In this document: positions 23,501 to 37,300 of the stretch, piece after piece
Layout: the number at the start of each line of letters is the position of its first letter
Numbering within the stretch: the first letter of the stretch is position 1
Assembly: GCF_008831285.2 (NCBI RefSeq)
Contig: NC_045138.2
Location: forward strand, 31,806,001-31,870,000
Origin: Nymphaea colorata
Taxonomy: Eukaryota
Direction of reading: 5' to 3'
DNA length: 64,000 nt
Position numbers and translations under genes: made by a program
The notes under the pieces: model-generated
Told to the model about the DNA's origin: nothing
Seen by the model: the letters and a program-made list of their open reading frames with translations, nothing else
Database searches by the model: none

Positions 23501-26500
23501 TTCGTGTACTTATTGCGAGACCGTAGTCAGGTTCCAGCAGTTGTGAAAAACTTTGTTGCCTTTGTTGAGACTCAATTCCATACAACTGTTCAAGCTTTCC
23601 GTACGGATAATGCTAGGGAATATGTCTCTCAATCCCCTGATGATTTCTTGAAAGGCAAGGGTATTGTTCATGAAACCTCTTGTAGTTATACCTCTCCTCA
23701 AAATGGTATACCTGAACGTAAAAATCGTCATCTTTTGAATGTTACCCGGGCCATTATGTTCCAACGCCATGTCCCGAAGCGGTATTGGGGTGATGCACTT
23801 CTCACTAGTGCACACCTCATTAACCGTATGCCTACTAGGGTGTTGGATGGTCAGTCTCCTTATTCTACCCTGTGGCCCACTCAGAATCCGTGGCCTCTTA
23901 CTCCTCGTGTCTTTGGGTGCAGTTGTTTTGTGCATAATCATAGCCCTACTCTCAAAAAACTTGATCCCCGGTCTATTAAAGGAGTTTTCTTGGGGTACTC
24001 TTCCACTCAGAAGGGGTACAAATGTGTGGATCCCACTACTTCCAAAGTGTATGTTTCGAGGGATGTCACATTTCATGAACATGAGTCGTATTTTCCGGTG
24101 AATCCTCTTCAGGGGGAGTGTCTTGGGAACAAAGGGGAAGAGTATTCCTCTAATCAGCTGATTCAGTTTATGGAGTTTTTGGACTACAAGGTTAGTCCCA
24201 GTGTGATTGACACGGTCACGGTCAGTAATGAGAAGGGCAGTTATATGGAAGGGGTCACGATGGATGCTCAGCCCACTGTTGCCAGGGATCACTTGTTTGG
24301 CCAGGTTTATGTCAGAAAGGAGAAAGCTACAGTGGAAGATGTTGGTGATGAGGATAGAACCAATCCCAATCCTGTGATCTCCCTGGATGACCCAAGTCCA
24401 TCGAATGGAGAGCTCCCCATTGCTTTGCGCAAAGGCACCAGGTCATGTACTTCTCACCCTATTTAGAGATTTGTTTCTTATGCTAAGCTCAGTACAAATT
24501 ACAAATGTTTTATCACGACCTTATCCAAAGTTGTTATTCCCAGGTCGGTGGATGATGCTAAGGATGATCCCAAGTGGTTACATGCTATGACGGAGGAGAT
24601 AGGTGCGTTAGCTAAGAACAAAACATGGGAAGTGGTTGATATCCCTAAAGGGACACACTTAGTTGGCTCTAAGTGGGTGTACAACGTGAAGTATAAACCT
24701 GATGGCACTGTAGATCGATATAAAGCTCGTCTGGTTGCAAAGGGGTTCAGCCAGAAGTATGGGATTGACTATCTTGAGACCTTTGCCCCTGTTGCAAAGT
24801 TGAAGACCGTGAGGGTTATTCTTGCTCTTGCTGTGCACAGGAAGTGGCGCATGGACCACCTTGATGTTAAAAATGCATTCTTGAACGGCCATCTGGAGGA
24901 AGAAGTCTATATGAGCATGCCTCCCGGGTATGTTCAAGAGGGAAAATGTTGTCACCTCAAGAAAGCTTTGTATGGCTTGAAGCAGTCGCCTAGAGCTTGG
25001 TTTGAGAGACTAAGGATCGTTATGAAGTCTACTGGGTACAAGCAAGGAAATGGAGATCATACCCTATTCATAAAGCAGAGAGATGGTCTGGTGAGTCTTC
25101 TCCTGGTCTACGTTGATGATATGATTGTCACTGGCAGTGACGAGGAAGAAAACAGGAAGATGAAGGAGAGATTAGCTAAAGAATTCGACCTCAAGGATCT
25201 GGGTAAACTGAGATACTTTCTGGGGATAGAGATTGCTCGATCAGAGACAGGGCTGGTTATGAATCAAAGGAAGTACACTCTTGACTTACTAAAGGAGACA
25301 GGTAAACTTGGTTGTAGGCCCTATCTTACTCCTATGGAATCGGGGACTAAGATAAGTATCAAGACAGGCACTATTCTGGATGAGGAAGGAAAAGGGCGAT
25401 ATCAGAGGCTAGTAGGTAAGCTTATCTATCTTACTCTAACTCGCCCTGATATCACGTATGCGGTAAATGTGCTAAGTCAATTTATGCATGCTCCCACGGA
25501 TTGTCACTGGAAGAGTGCAGAAAGAGTGTTGGGATATCTAAAGAATGACCCAGGAAAAGGACTGCTGTATACTCGACAAGACAAACTTACTATTGAGGGC
25601 TACTCAGATGCAGATTGGGCAGGTTGCACTGACACAAGGAGGTCCACTACAGGGTATTGTATCTTTCTTGGAGGTAACCTAGTTGTTTGGAGAAGCAAGA
25701 GGCAAGAAGTGTGTTCGAGGTCTAGTGCTGAGGCTGAGTATAGGGCTGTTGCAATGGGAGTTACAGAGATGCTGTGGCTGAAGATCCTTTTGACTGATAT
25801 TGGTGTGGAACTGGAAGATAAAATGAAGATGTACTGTGACAACAAGTCTGCGATTAATCTTGCCAATAATCCAGTTCTACATGACAGGACCAAACATGTG
25901 GAGATTGACCGTCACTTTATCCGGGAACGCATTGACTCAAAGGAGCTGATTCTGCCATATATGAAGTCTGAAGATCAAGTTGCAGACGTCCTAACTAAAG
26001 GGCTTTGTACTTCTTCATTCGAAAAGAATGTTAGCAAGCTTGGCATGTTTGACATGTATGCCAAGCTTGAGGGGGAGTGTTAGAATATGTTGTTGTGGGA
26101 ACCGGGTCCATATCTGGACCCGGTTTTATGGGGCGCGGGGACCGAGGCGGGCTCGGTACCCTAGGCGGCTTCTCCTCTCTCCCTCTATATATTGTCACTT
26201 ATGTGTAAATGTTGAATTAAGTGGAATAACATTTTCTCTCTCCTAGGGTTGCGGTTGTGCACCTAGGTTAGAGCTTCTCCGTGGTTTTTCACCTCTCTTT
26301 GAGGTTTTCCACGTATATTGTGTGTTCCTTCTCTTTCTCTCCATCTTGGTGTGTGTTTCTACATTTTGCAATCTTGAAATAGAGAAAACTAGTGAAAGGT
26401 AACATGAAAGTGGAGCTTTTAGAACCAGAATCACTGAAGGTACTTACCTACTGTAGTAAACTAAGCAACACAAACTCTTCAAAAAAGATGCCAGACATGA

Positions 26501-26582
26501 GTTGTGTCATTTTGGATGTGGCTCAGGTGCAAAAACAGAGAATTTGCTGTCTTTTGACTCTTTTCTGCTCACTAATTGATAA

Positions 26583-26647
<65 letters not shown>

Positions 26648-27155
26648 GACTGAACCCTTGACTCCATATTTATATGGACATTAGGGGACATCAAACCAGA
26701 GCAGTCAGATCTGATCACATGACTCAAACTGATTTTCCTTTTTCTCCCTATCTCTCTCCCCTCTCTTCCTTCCTGACCACTGGCGGCCCTCCCCCATCAC
26801 CCTCCACCCATGGTCGGGTGGAGACTTCCTGTTCCTCCATCCATCTTTACCCTATAGTTGGCAAACTCAGGAATCGGATTCAGATCGGCAGTCAACCGGG
26901 TCAGCGGGTCAATGGGTTGACTCGGTGACTCGGTTGGATCAAGTACCAAGAATCGGACTATCGACATGCAACCAAGTTACCAGACTGTCGCTTCCTCTTT
27001 CTTTCTAATTTTCTCCAAATGATCTAAATAACTACTCAATGCTAGAAACTTGGTGAAATCATTGAAATGCAAAAGAAAAATATGGTATCCTCTCTCTGGT
27101 GGCCCCCCAACAGATTGAGGTTCACCAATGGCCCGACCGACTCCCTTTCGGGTGT

Positions 27156-27193
<38 letters not shown>

Positions 27194-28253
27194 AAGGATG
27201 AGGTTGGTTTTGTTACAATTTAAGGATAAACTCTAATGTAAATATGCATATATATTTTTATATGTACTATCATATATCTTAAACTTCTAGTAGTTTGATG
27301 TATGATTTGTATATATATGTATGTATGCATAGGCCTTTTTGTATTTATTTTCTTTTATTTTTCATGTATTTTTCTGTATATTTTTTATTTCTTTTTATTA
27401 GCAAAGGGAACTAGCTGCTGCCTGCTCCCAACAGCTAGAAATATAGCAGTTAGAGCTGCCCAACAGCTAGAAATCTAGCAGTTAGAGCTGCCCAACAGCT
27501 AGAAATTTAGCAGTTAGAGCTGCCCAACAGCTAGCTCCTTTTTTTCTCCTTCTTCCTTTATTTCTTCTATAAATAAGGGACTTGGGTTCCTTGCTTAAGA
27601 TGGCCTTTAAGGCCTGATTTTGTGTATTATTTGAGATTGAATACAAGTTTTTCACCTCCAGTTTCAGGTTTCTTCTTGTGTGACTTAGTGGAACAGTTGG
27701 TATCTTCAAGAGTGTGACTCTTGGAAGTGTTTCTATCATCAAATTCAGGCCTGCAAAAACCAGATCAAAATTAGTTTTTGTTGGTAATTTGGTTCTGCAT
27801 TGTACCCATATTGTGTGTAACTCGACTGATTCCCAACCCAGTAAGCCGATTCTCACTTAGTTAGCCAAGTCTTGGTGTGTACTACTTGGATTCTAATCCG
27901 CGACCCAATAACTGAACGATCCCGATTTGACTCGAGTGCTTCCCGAGTCGGATCGCCGGGTTTGCCAACTATGCTCCACCCACGGTTGGGTGGAGGGTGT
28001 CATGGGAGCCCCGATGATCCCCGAAGCCTCCAGCGATGGGAGGGGGAACGGGGGAGCACCGATGGGCTCCCCCCACTACCGTCCTTGGCGGGCTCACTGG
28101 GGCTTCGCCGAGCCAGCGACAGGACGGGGGGTAATCACCAGACCTCCCCCTTCCTTCTAAGGGAGCTCTGACAACCACCGGAGGGAGGTGAATAGGATTT
28201 AAAATAAAAATAAGAAAAAAAGAAGTTCATCTTTGTCCAGATGGACGACCCTT

Positions 28254-28335
<82 letters not shown>

Positions 28336-31300
28336 ACCCACACTCTGCACCTGCGTAACCAGCTAAGTTACATTGGTACTTCAGTAAGGTTCACATGCCC
28401 GTGTTGCCGTAACCATACCCAAACTGGGTATGTGAACACACTTGGGTACTTTTTAAATCGGACTGATCCAAACTGCTTAATTTATTCGATTAATTTCTTT
28501 CCAACACAGTTTTCATTTTGTTCTTAGAGTTATTGTTCATTAACATGGAAAGGACTGCTGTGGGGATGGAGCTAGATCCAAAACAAAGCTGAGTGGAAAG
28601 TTGGAAATGGAGAATGGATCAGGTTTTGGATTGACCGATGGCTAGGGCAAGTCCTCATCAATAGGGTTGATGGGAATGGGTATGTGATGCTTTATAGTGA
28701 CGTTAAAATCAGTATTGACGAGAAAACTTGTGTGAACCAGGAAAGTCTGTCCCTTGCTATTGCTACACATCTTGGAGTGTCCATTGCTAACATTAGGTTA
28801 CGGGATGCTGAGGATACTTTGGTTTGGAGTGATTATGGTAAGGAGAGCTTCAAGGCAGGAGAGATTATCAAGAAGTGTAGAGTCCAAGGTACTAGAGACT
28901 GGTGGATGTTAACGTATACGTGTGTTCAGGTCCGGGTCTGGATCCTGTATGACCTGTTGTGTTGATGTATATTCCTTTTAAGTAACGTGTAACCCCTTTT
29001 TTTCATTTTGAATGAGAAATTAAGTGTGAGAGAGATACCGGCAGCTAGTGGGCACTGGAACTCCCACGTTCGTGATTTTTCTCCCTTCGAGTTCGAGGGT
29101 TTTCCACGTTACATTGATCTTCGATTTCTACTGCACTCTCGATCCTATTTTTATACATGGTATCAGAGCCGACCGGCACGGTTATGAGTTTTCTTTTTCG
29201 TGTTGGACTGAGACTCTGCCTTCTCCGGTGCCTGGCATCGTGCAGCAACCTTCATCGTCTTCCTCTGCCATCTGTGCCTTCTCTGGTGGTTGTGGCATTC
29301 CCTTGAAGCTTTGCCGGTGGTCTTCGCTGCACATCTGCCAGTGTTGTCGCAATCTGCCTGAACGTGCAGGTGACTAGAGCCATCGCCCGACTCTTTGCAG
29401 CGTCGCCTGACTCCCTATTGTCATGGCTCGACTCAGGACTATCACTGCTCTCCTATAGCTCAATTTCCCTGTTGCCCAGGCTCGATTCAGGACTATCGCT
29501 CGACTATCTGTAGCTCGACTCAACCTCCTCCATTGCCTGTCGCCGTCAGTTTTTTCTGTCGCTATGGAATGTTGCTGGACTGGACCGTGCCTGAGCTTCT
29601 GCCGTCAACAGTGCTCACTGTCGCCAGCGTCACACGACTTTTCTTGTTGGTTGTTCGACTGAGTTACACTGCTTCTTGCTTCTTTCTGTTACACGGCGTC
29701 CACCCTCGACCAAGCCAATGCCAGTTTATGAGTGCTTGAGGACACCGATTCTTTTGTGGTATCGCCTCCCAGTCCTCTCACTGGTATTTTTTCTTTGTCG
29801 CAGTTGTTGTTCTGTTGCTGTGTTGCTGCTTGTCATAGGTGTTTTTTTCTCTACAAATCTTGATTGTTGGGTTACTGTATTTGGATGGCAGAATCAACCT
29901 CCTCTACTGTTAGTACTGTCCAGGCAGATATTGAGGCCTCTAAAACCGAAAATATCCCTGTTCAAGCCACCACTATTCGTCTCACCAAGAATAATTACCT
30001 TCAATGGTATGCGGCCATCACTATGGGGATTGCTGGTCGAGGGCGAATTGCTTATGTAAATGGAAAGAAGACTGAACCACTTGAGACTAACGCAATGTGG
30101 GATACGTGGTTTATTGAGGACAACCAAGTCAAAACTTGGATTGTCAACTCTGTGTCTTCTGATATTCAACCCCTCATTCTTCGTAACAGGATTGCCAGAG
30201 ATATGTGGGTCATCTTAGAACAGATGTATGGCCAGAAGAAGAAAAATGTTCGAGTGTACCAGTTGATGAAGGATGTTTATGCCCTACGGCAAGAAAAACT
30301 TTTTGTGGCTGACTTCTATGCGGCATTGAAATCAAAATGGGAGGAGCTTGACTACTACTCTGATGATACTTGGAATTGTCCCCAAGACCAGCTGCATCAT
30401 TGGACCAAGGAAATGGAAGAACATGTTCTTTTTGTTCTTGGCAGGGCTAAAGGATGACTTCGAGGGTATAAGGAGTCAAATTCTTAATTCAGAAGAAACA
30501 TTTAGCATTGAAGATGTTTATTCTCATATTGAAGCTGAAGAGCAACGATGCCTTTTTATAACAGGGAAAGGGGAGGCTTATACCTCGTGTAGTGAAAGGT
30601 CTGCTCTTGTTAGCCGAGCTCCTATTGCGGCCACCCGACCCTCTCGAAAATGCACTCACTGCAAGAAAACTGGTCATACCATGGAATTTTGTTGGGATTT
30701 GTATCATGAAAAGAAGAATAGTCGTGGAAGGTCTTCTAGTTGGAAGAAGCCCATGTCTGATCTCACTAATCCTAATGGGGGAAAAACATTTATCTCTGCT
30801 GATCAGATTCGTGAGCTTCGTGCATACTTAAGCCAAATTGAAACTAGTCAAGCTGAGGCATCAGATGATGTGAGAGTTAATCGCGCCCTTGCTATCTCTG
30901 GAGAAAAAGGTAATTATTGTATGAGAGAATGAATTGTTGATAGTGGTGCCACCCACCACATGACTGGCAATCCCAAGTTTTTTCATGAGTATCAGCTTTC
31001 ATCTGGAAAGGAACAGGTTTCACTTGTTGATGGTTCTCTCTTAAGCCGGGAAAGGGAGTCTCTCAATTTAAAACAAGTTCTTAGTTCACAATGTTTTGCA
31101 TGTTCCTCATCTGCCCTTGAATCTTTTGTCTGTCAGTAAGATTACAAAAGACTTGAATTGCGAACTTATTTTTTCTGCGAACCGTTGCGTTTTGCAGGAC
31201 TTGGTGACAGGGAAGAAGATTGAGATTGGTTTGGTTTCTGAGGGGCTATATCGGTTACCCATACATGTTGCCACAACTCTCATGACGGCGGTTAACAAAA

Positions 31301-34300
31301 CAAAGAAAAGTAAAGATGACTCCCTTCAGTTGGTTTTACGCTGGCATGAGCGCCTTGGGCATCTTCCTTTTGGGATTCTTGGACAGTTGTTCCCTGACTT
31401 ATGTTTTAGTTTAGATATGACTATAGTGTCTTGTGATGTATGTCATTTGGCTAGACATGTAAGGGCTTCATACCCTGTTTCTACCAATCATTCTAATGAA
31501 GTTTTTGCCTTGATCCATTCTAATGTGTGGGGACCTTCGGGAATTCCTTCTTGTCATGGTTTTCAATACTTTATAACTTTTATAGATGATTGTTCTTGCA
31601 ACACCTTTGTATACTTACTAAAAGACAGTAGTGAAGTGGCTAATGTCATAGAGACTTTCATCCTCCTCGTGGAAACTCAATTTGGAACCTCTGTTAAGAC
31701 TTTTCGGTCTGATAATGCTCGTGAATATATGCATCATTCTGTTGATAGCTTTTTTCAAAAGAGGGGGATTGTTCATGAGACATCCTGTAGTTATACCCCA
31801 CCTCAAAATGGGGTCGTTGAACGAAAGAATCGCCAATTATTGAATGTGCTCGAGCTTTTCTTTTTCAATGTCATGTCCCAAAGAAGTATTAGGGGGATGT
31901 TGTACTAACCAGTGCGTATCTAATTAACCATATGCCTAGTCGTGTGTTGAAAGGGCAAACGCTTCTTTCTATGTTACCAAGGAGTCGTCATCATTTCTCT
32001 CTTCCACCTAGAGTTTTTGGTTGTGTCTGTTTTATTCACAATCATAGTCCTAATATTAAAAAACTTGATCGAAGGTCGATTAAAGGTGTGTTTCTAGGTT
32101 ATTCTCCCACTCAAAAAGGATATAAGTGTCTAGACCCTTCTACTGGTGTGTCTATGTCACCAAAGATGTCACCTTCCTAAAACACACTTCTTATTTTGGT
32201 GAGAATTCTTTTCAGGGGGAGAGGTCTACAACAAAGGAAGAGTATTCTCCAAATCAAGAGATTCAGTTTATAAACTTTTGGAGTACAAAAGGAAAGAGAT
32301 TCAGGTTACCGACCTTCTTGAGCATAATAAGGATGATGGTTGCTCAACTGGAAATGAGGAGGAACATAACCGCTTGTTTGGGTAGGTTTACTTTAGGCGA
32401 AGATTGCCTGCAGCAGAACCCACTGGTGAGGAGACTGGTGACGAAAGTCCTACTCCCAATCCTAATGCTACTCCTTCCTTGGATGACCCAAGTTGTGTTC
32501 AGGACACGTCGGTTGAAGGTACTCAGACAGAGACTGAAAATGAAGAGTTACCCATTGCTCTTAGAAAGGGCATCAGGTCATGTACTCAACACCCTATTGG
32601 TAATTTCATATCTTACTCTAAACTGAGCAAAAACTACAAAAGTTTTATATCGTCCCTTTCTATAGCTGTGATTCCTAGGACTATTACTGAGGCTCAGAAC
32701 AATTCCAAGTGGGCTCATACGATGCAAGAAGAGATGGAAACAATGAACAAAAACAGAACGTGGGAGGTGGTAAATATCCCTAAAGCGACTCATCTTGCTA
32801 GGTCCAAGTGGGTTTACACCATTAAATATAAGCTAGACAGGAGTGTAGACAGATATAAAGCTCGCCTAATGGCCAAGGGGTTCAATCAGAAATATGGAAT
32901 TGATTACCTGGAAACATTTGCACCTGTTGCAAAGATGAAGACAGTCAGATTTATTATCTCCTTAGCTGTGATAAATGAGTGGAAGATGTGCCAAATTGAT
33001 GTTAAAAATGCATTTCTAAATGGAGACCTCGAAGAGGAAATCTATATGTGCATGCCTCCTAGATATGAGGAACCTGGAAAATGTTGCAGGTTGAAGAAAG
33101 CTTTGCATGGGCTCAAGCAATTCCCCTGGGCGTGGTTTGAACAACTTAGACTTGTAATGAGACAACATGAATATCATCAAGGGAATGGAGATCACACTCT
33201 CTTTGTAAAGAGAAAGGAGCACAAGGTAATTCTTTTGTTGGTATATGTTGATGATATGATTGTCACAGGTAATGATGAAGATGAAATAACAAAGTTAAAG
33301 GAACTGTTGGACCTTGAGTTCGACCTTAAGGACCTTGGCAAGTTGAAATATTTTCTTGGCATTGAAATTGCTAGGTCCAACACAAGTCTTGTGTTAAATC
33401 AAAGAAAGTATACTATAGATTTATTAAAGGAGACTGGGAAACTTGAGTGTAGACATGCTTCTACTCCTATGGATGCTGGAAATAAACTTAGCCTCTGAGA
33501 TGGGGAGCTCCTTTGTGAAGAAGCAAAAGGAAGATAACAACATCTTGTTGGGAAATTGATTTATCTTACTCTTACTAGACCAAATATTACTTTTGCTGTG
33601 AATGTGATGAGTCAGTTTATACATGCACCCACAAACGTTTACTTAAAGGCTGTCGACAGGATTTTATGTTATTTGAAGAGGAGTCCTCGCAAGGGCCTCT
33701 TGTACAGCAAGCAAGGCTCAAGGCTCTCTTGAGATTGAATGATATTCTGATGCTGACTGGGCAGGATGTATGGACATCAAGAGATCCACTTCATGTTACT
33801 GTATTTACTTAGGAGGAAATCTCGTAGCGTGGAGAAGTCAAGAACAGTATGTTTGCTCCCGCTTTAGTGTTGAGGCTGAATATAGGGCTGTGGCCATGGG
33901 AGTCTCAGAGTTGTTGTGGTTGAAAGTGCTTTTGGCTGACATAAGAGTCAAAACTGAGGATCCAATGAGGATGTATTGTGATAACAAGTAATCAACTTGG
34001 CCAACAATCCTGTGCTACATGATAGAACAAAGCATGTGGAAATTGATCATCATTTCATTCGAGAGAGAATTGATGCGAAGGAGCTTGTCCTACCCTACAT
34101 GAAGACTAAAGACCAAACAACTGATGTATTGACCAAGGCCTTGCCATCTATTTCATTTGACATGAATGTATCCAAGTTGGACATGTTCGATCTTTATGCC
34201 CAACTTGAGGGGGAGTGTTAACATATATGTGTGTTCGGGTCCGGGTCTGGATCCTGTCCGACCCGTTGTATTCCTTTTAAGTATTGTGTAACCCCTTTTT

Positions 34301-37300
34301 TTCATTTTGAATGAGAAATTAAGTGTGTGAGAGATACCGGCAGCTAGTGGGTGCCGGAACTCCCATGTTTGTGGTTTTTCTCCCTTTGAGTTCGAGGGTT
34401 TTCCACATTACATTGATCTTCGATTTCTACTGCACTCTCGATCCTATTTTTCTACAGTGGAGGAAGAAGATTTGGACTAGCCAAGCTCAGTCAAGAGTTG
34501 CTGGCATTCCTACATGCTTGTGAAGGCAGGCTACCCGCCCTTATAGGATTCAGAAGGCTGGGATTCAGCTAGCAAACCATTGTTCCTTTTGACGTTGTGC
34601 TGAGGAGACAAATGCCCATATCTTTGATAAAATGTAAGTTAGCAAATGAAGTTTGGAGGTATATTCCTACAAAGTTTCGTAAGAGTTAAATTTCCCCAAG
34701 CCGAGATTGTAAATGAGTTTAAGAGATGGCTGCAAGCAAGGATCTCTAGGAAGTAGAGGCATCAGTGCTAGAGGATGTCCTTCTTAATTGTTTGTTGGAA
34801 CATGTGGCGCCTTAGGAACAGATGTTTCCATGACAGCCTTGAACCACAGTAAGTAGGTTCAAAAGAGAGGTTTGGAGGAGCGGCATGGATAGCTTTTCCT
34901 CTATCAAGTGGCCTCCTGAGATAGAAATTAAACTAAGAATTTGGAAGGAAACTAGGCTATACTGTGAAGACACCATCAGTTCGGATAGAAATGGATGGTT
35001 AATTAACATTGTTAGAGCTCATACCAGACATGGACTAAAAATAGCTGGCTTGAGCTATGTGAGTAATGGGCATCTAGGTTGTGTGGTGATTGTCAAGGAT
35101 CGTGGAAAGATTCATAAAGAAGATATGGAACTCTTGGAGCGCATTCTCAGATTCCATAAGGAATATGAGGGTGATTATGCAATCATTTCCCTGTCAAAGA
35201 TTGGGTGAGGAAAATTAAATAGAGATTGGAAGGGCAACGGCCAAATGCAGGTTGGAGCAGGTGTTTTGATCAAATTGAGGTGAGAATTTCGATGGAGCAG
35301 GGTGCTGCTATACTTGACATAGGACGACAAATCATGGATCATGCCAATGACCTTCGTGACTGTTTTGTTGACTTGAATATGTAAATACATAGCTTGTAGG
35401 CTATATTCTATAACAATTTGTTTTGGTGAAGGGTTGGGTCAATCCTTTGTGTTTATTGTTAAGGTCTTTTTTGGCCTTCTCTTGTATATAATCATTTTGT
35501 TGGAATAAAGGTAGGGGGTCTAACCCCTAAGCAAGCTCTTTACTGCAAAATGTAATGTTTTTATTTATGTCGCTTGTTTATTTAAATGTTGCTTTCATTT
35601 TGATTTTTTTGTGTTATTTTGCATCATATATATATATATATATATATTATGTCATACCCCCGTAACCATATTTTCTGAAGTTGTCTTGCCCATACCTATA
35701 TCGCCATACCCTTACCTGAACCGGATCTGTATTCATGTGACTTAGAAGACCAGTAAACCAGCAGTAGCAACAGATGAACAAAACAGATGCCCAAGATAGA
35801 ATCCTTTCCCTGAGAAAGTTATCGATGCATAAACAACTAGTACTCTAGTTCCTTGTTAAGCTAGACAGCCAGTGTAGTAGGCAGGCATAATGAGCAGCTC
35901 TAACTTCTACCAGAAACTAGTGTCAAGAAGTCCCAACACTTCCCATAGATGTAATGAACTACATAGTGTCATGGACACCCAAATCTTAGCAAAAAAGGAA
36001 TGTTTAAGTTTCACCTCTCATCCTCTGGACAGATCTTGTTATAATATGAAAGTTGATCCAATGACTCCTCAGTTACTTATCTGAATCTAACGTCAACTTT
36101 GATGGAAATTACTTATGGTTTTTGCTCAATATGAACATCAACACAGCAATCAGTAAATAACACCAGGGCATGGGACAACATAAGAAGGTAAGTTCTGATA
36201 ACTAGCTAGCAAACATATCCATATAACATGCACTATAATAGACCACAAATCAACCAGAGAAAGAAATCCATAGACCATGCAATGGGAAAAAACAAGGCAT
36301 CTAATGCCTTCAACAAAAGTATAGAGAAGGAAAAAGGAAAGCACACTATAACATCAGAAAATGGCATTACTGCTATTACCTGAAACATGTAGAGAAAATT
36401 GAAATGTTTATGGGTTTCACAGTAGGTACATATACGGTTGAGAGCTAGAGAAGTGTGCTCTATGACAGCCATGTTCTGAGAAGCAGCAGCTTCACTTCTT
36501 GTTGCAAGGACATGTTCTAATATGGACATAGCACCATAACCAACACATAAATCACAAAGATCATCGATAGTTCCATAGTCAGTTGCTAAGGTATCAGGCC
36601 TTTGAGGAGAAGCAGTTGGGGTCACTGCTGCATGATGTGATGGCTGAGGCGGTGGAGGAACAGTATTTGGAGGAAAGAAGAGCAAGCATGCTTCTGTATA
36701 GCGTCCATGCCTGAACATAAAACCAAGCATTTCCTGCTTTGCATACTGCAAAAGCACATACTCATGTAAGCCCATCCCTCCAGAAAAAAGCAAAAAAAAA
36801 ATGCAGAAATGCTGGAAGAGGAAACATGTTCTTATGGTAGGCTAGCAAAACGTTCTGGAAAAAACTTACAAAATTGATCACAATAAAGAGTAATAAGGGA
36901 CCATCTACAAAGAAGTCATGATATGAACTATGAAGCAATTGAAATAAACAAGAAACATGGGAAATATTTTTCGAACTCCTGAAGAGCCAAGTAAAGCCGA
37001 CTTAAAGGATACATTTAAGTGCTATTGGAAGAGGAAAGTCTGACTGACCTATAGCGACCTCTAAACATATATATACAAAAATATTCCAGAAAGCACATGG
37101 GCTCACCGCTTACCTCTTGCAAGTAGCTGATGCACTCTGTGTACCGTGTATGGTCCAAATTGCTTCGAGGACCATCATCTGAATCCTCCAAGCTTGTCGA
37201 TACGTCAGGATGATTTGTAGCTACCTGAGATCGTCTTGACCTCTCCGATCGTGGAAAAGTAGAGATATGCAAAACGCTAAGGTACGCATCGGCAGAAAGA

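Larger units (their letters stand above)
21076..26363 (+). mobile_element. Copia element C: young, full-length, 5288 bp
   Basis: 286-bp LTRs 21076-21361 and 26078-26363 differ at 2 positions; TSD TTTTG both sides; PBS TGGTATCAGAGCC at 21362; PPT TTGAGGGGGAG at 26067-26077. Confidence 0.98.
28363..35745. mobile_element. Putative hAT-type MITE split by nested L1 and Copia D insertions
   Basis: Ends CTAAGTTACATTGGTAC and (revcomp) CTAAGTCACATGAATAC; flanks GTAACCAG / AAGACCAG as a degenerate 8-bp TSD; cgtaaccata motif in both halves. Confidence 0.5.

Noticed and set aside
23510..24292. 260-aa antisense ORF over the integrase of C
   Set aside because: No recognisable motif and not preserved as an ORF in D; typical shadow ORF.
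24464..24466. Programmed stop-codon readthrough between integrase and RT
   Set aside because: Context TAG-AGA-TTT lacks the CARYYA readthrough motif and relative D has a sense codon here; simple nonsense mutation is more likely.
27427..27534. 32-bp repeats as a CRISPR array
   Set aside because: Head-to-tail units with no spacers; a minisatellite.
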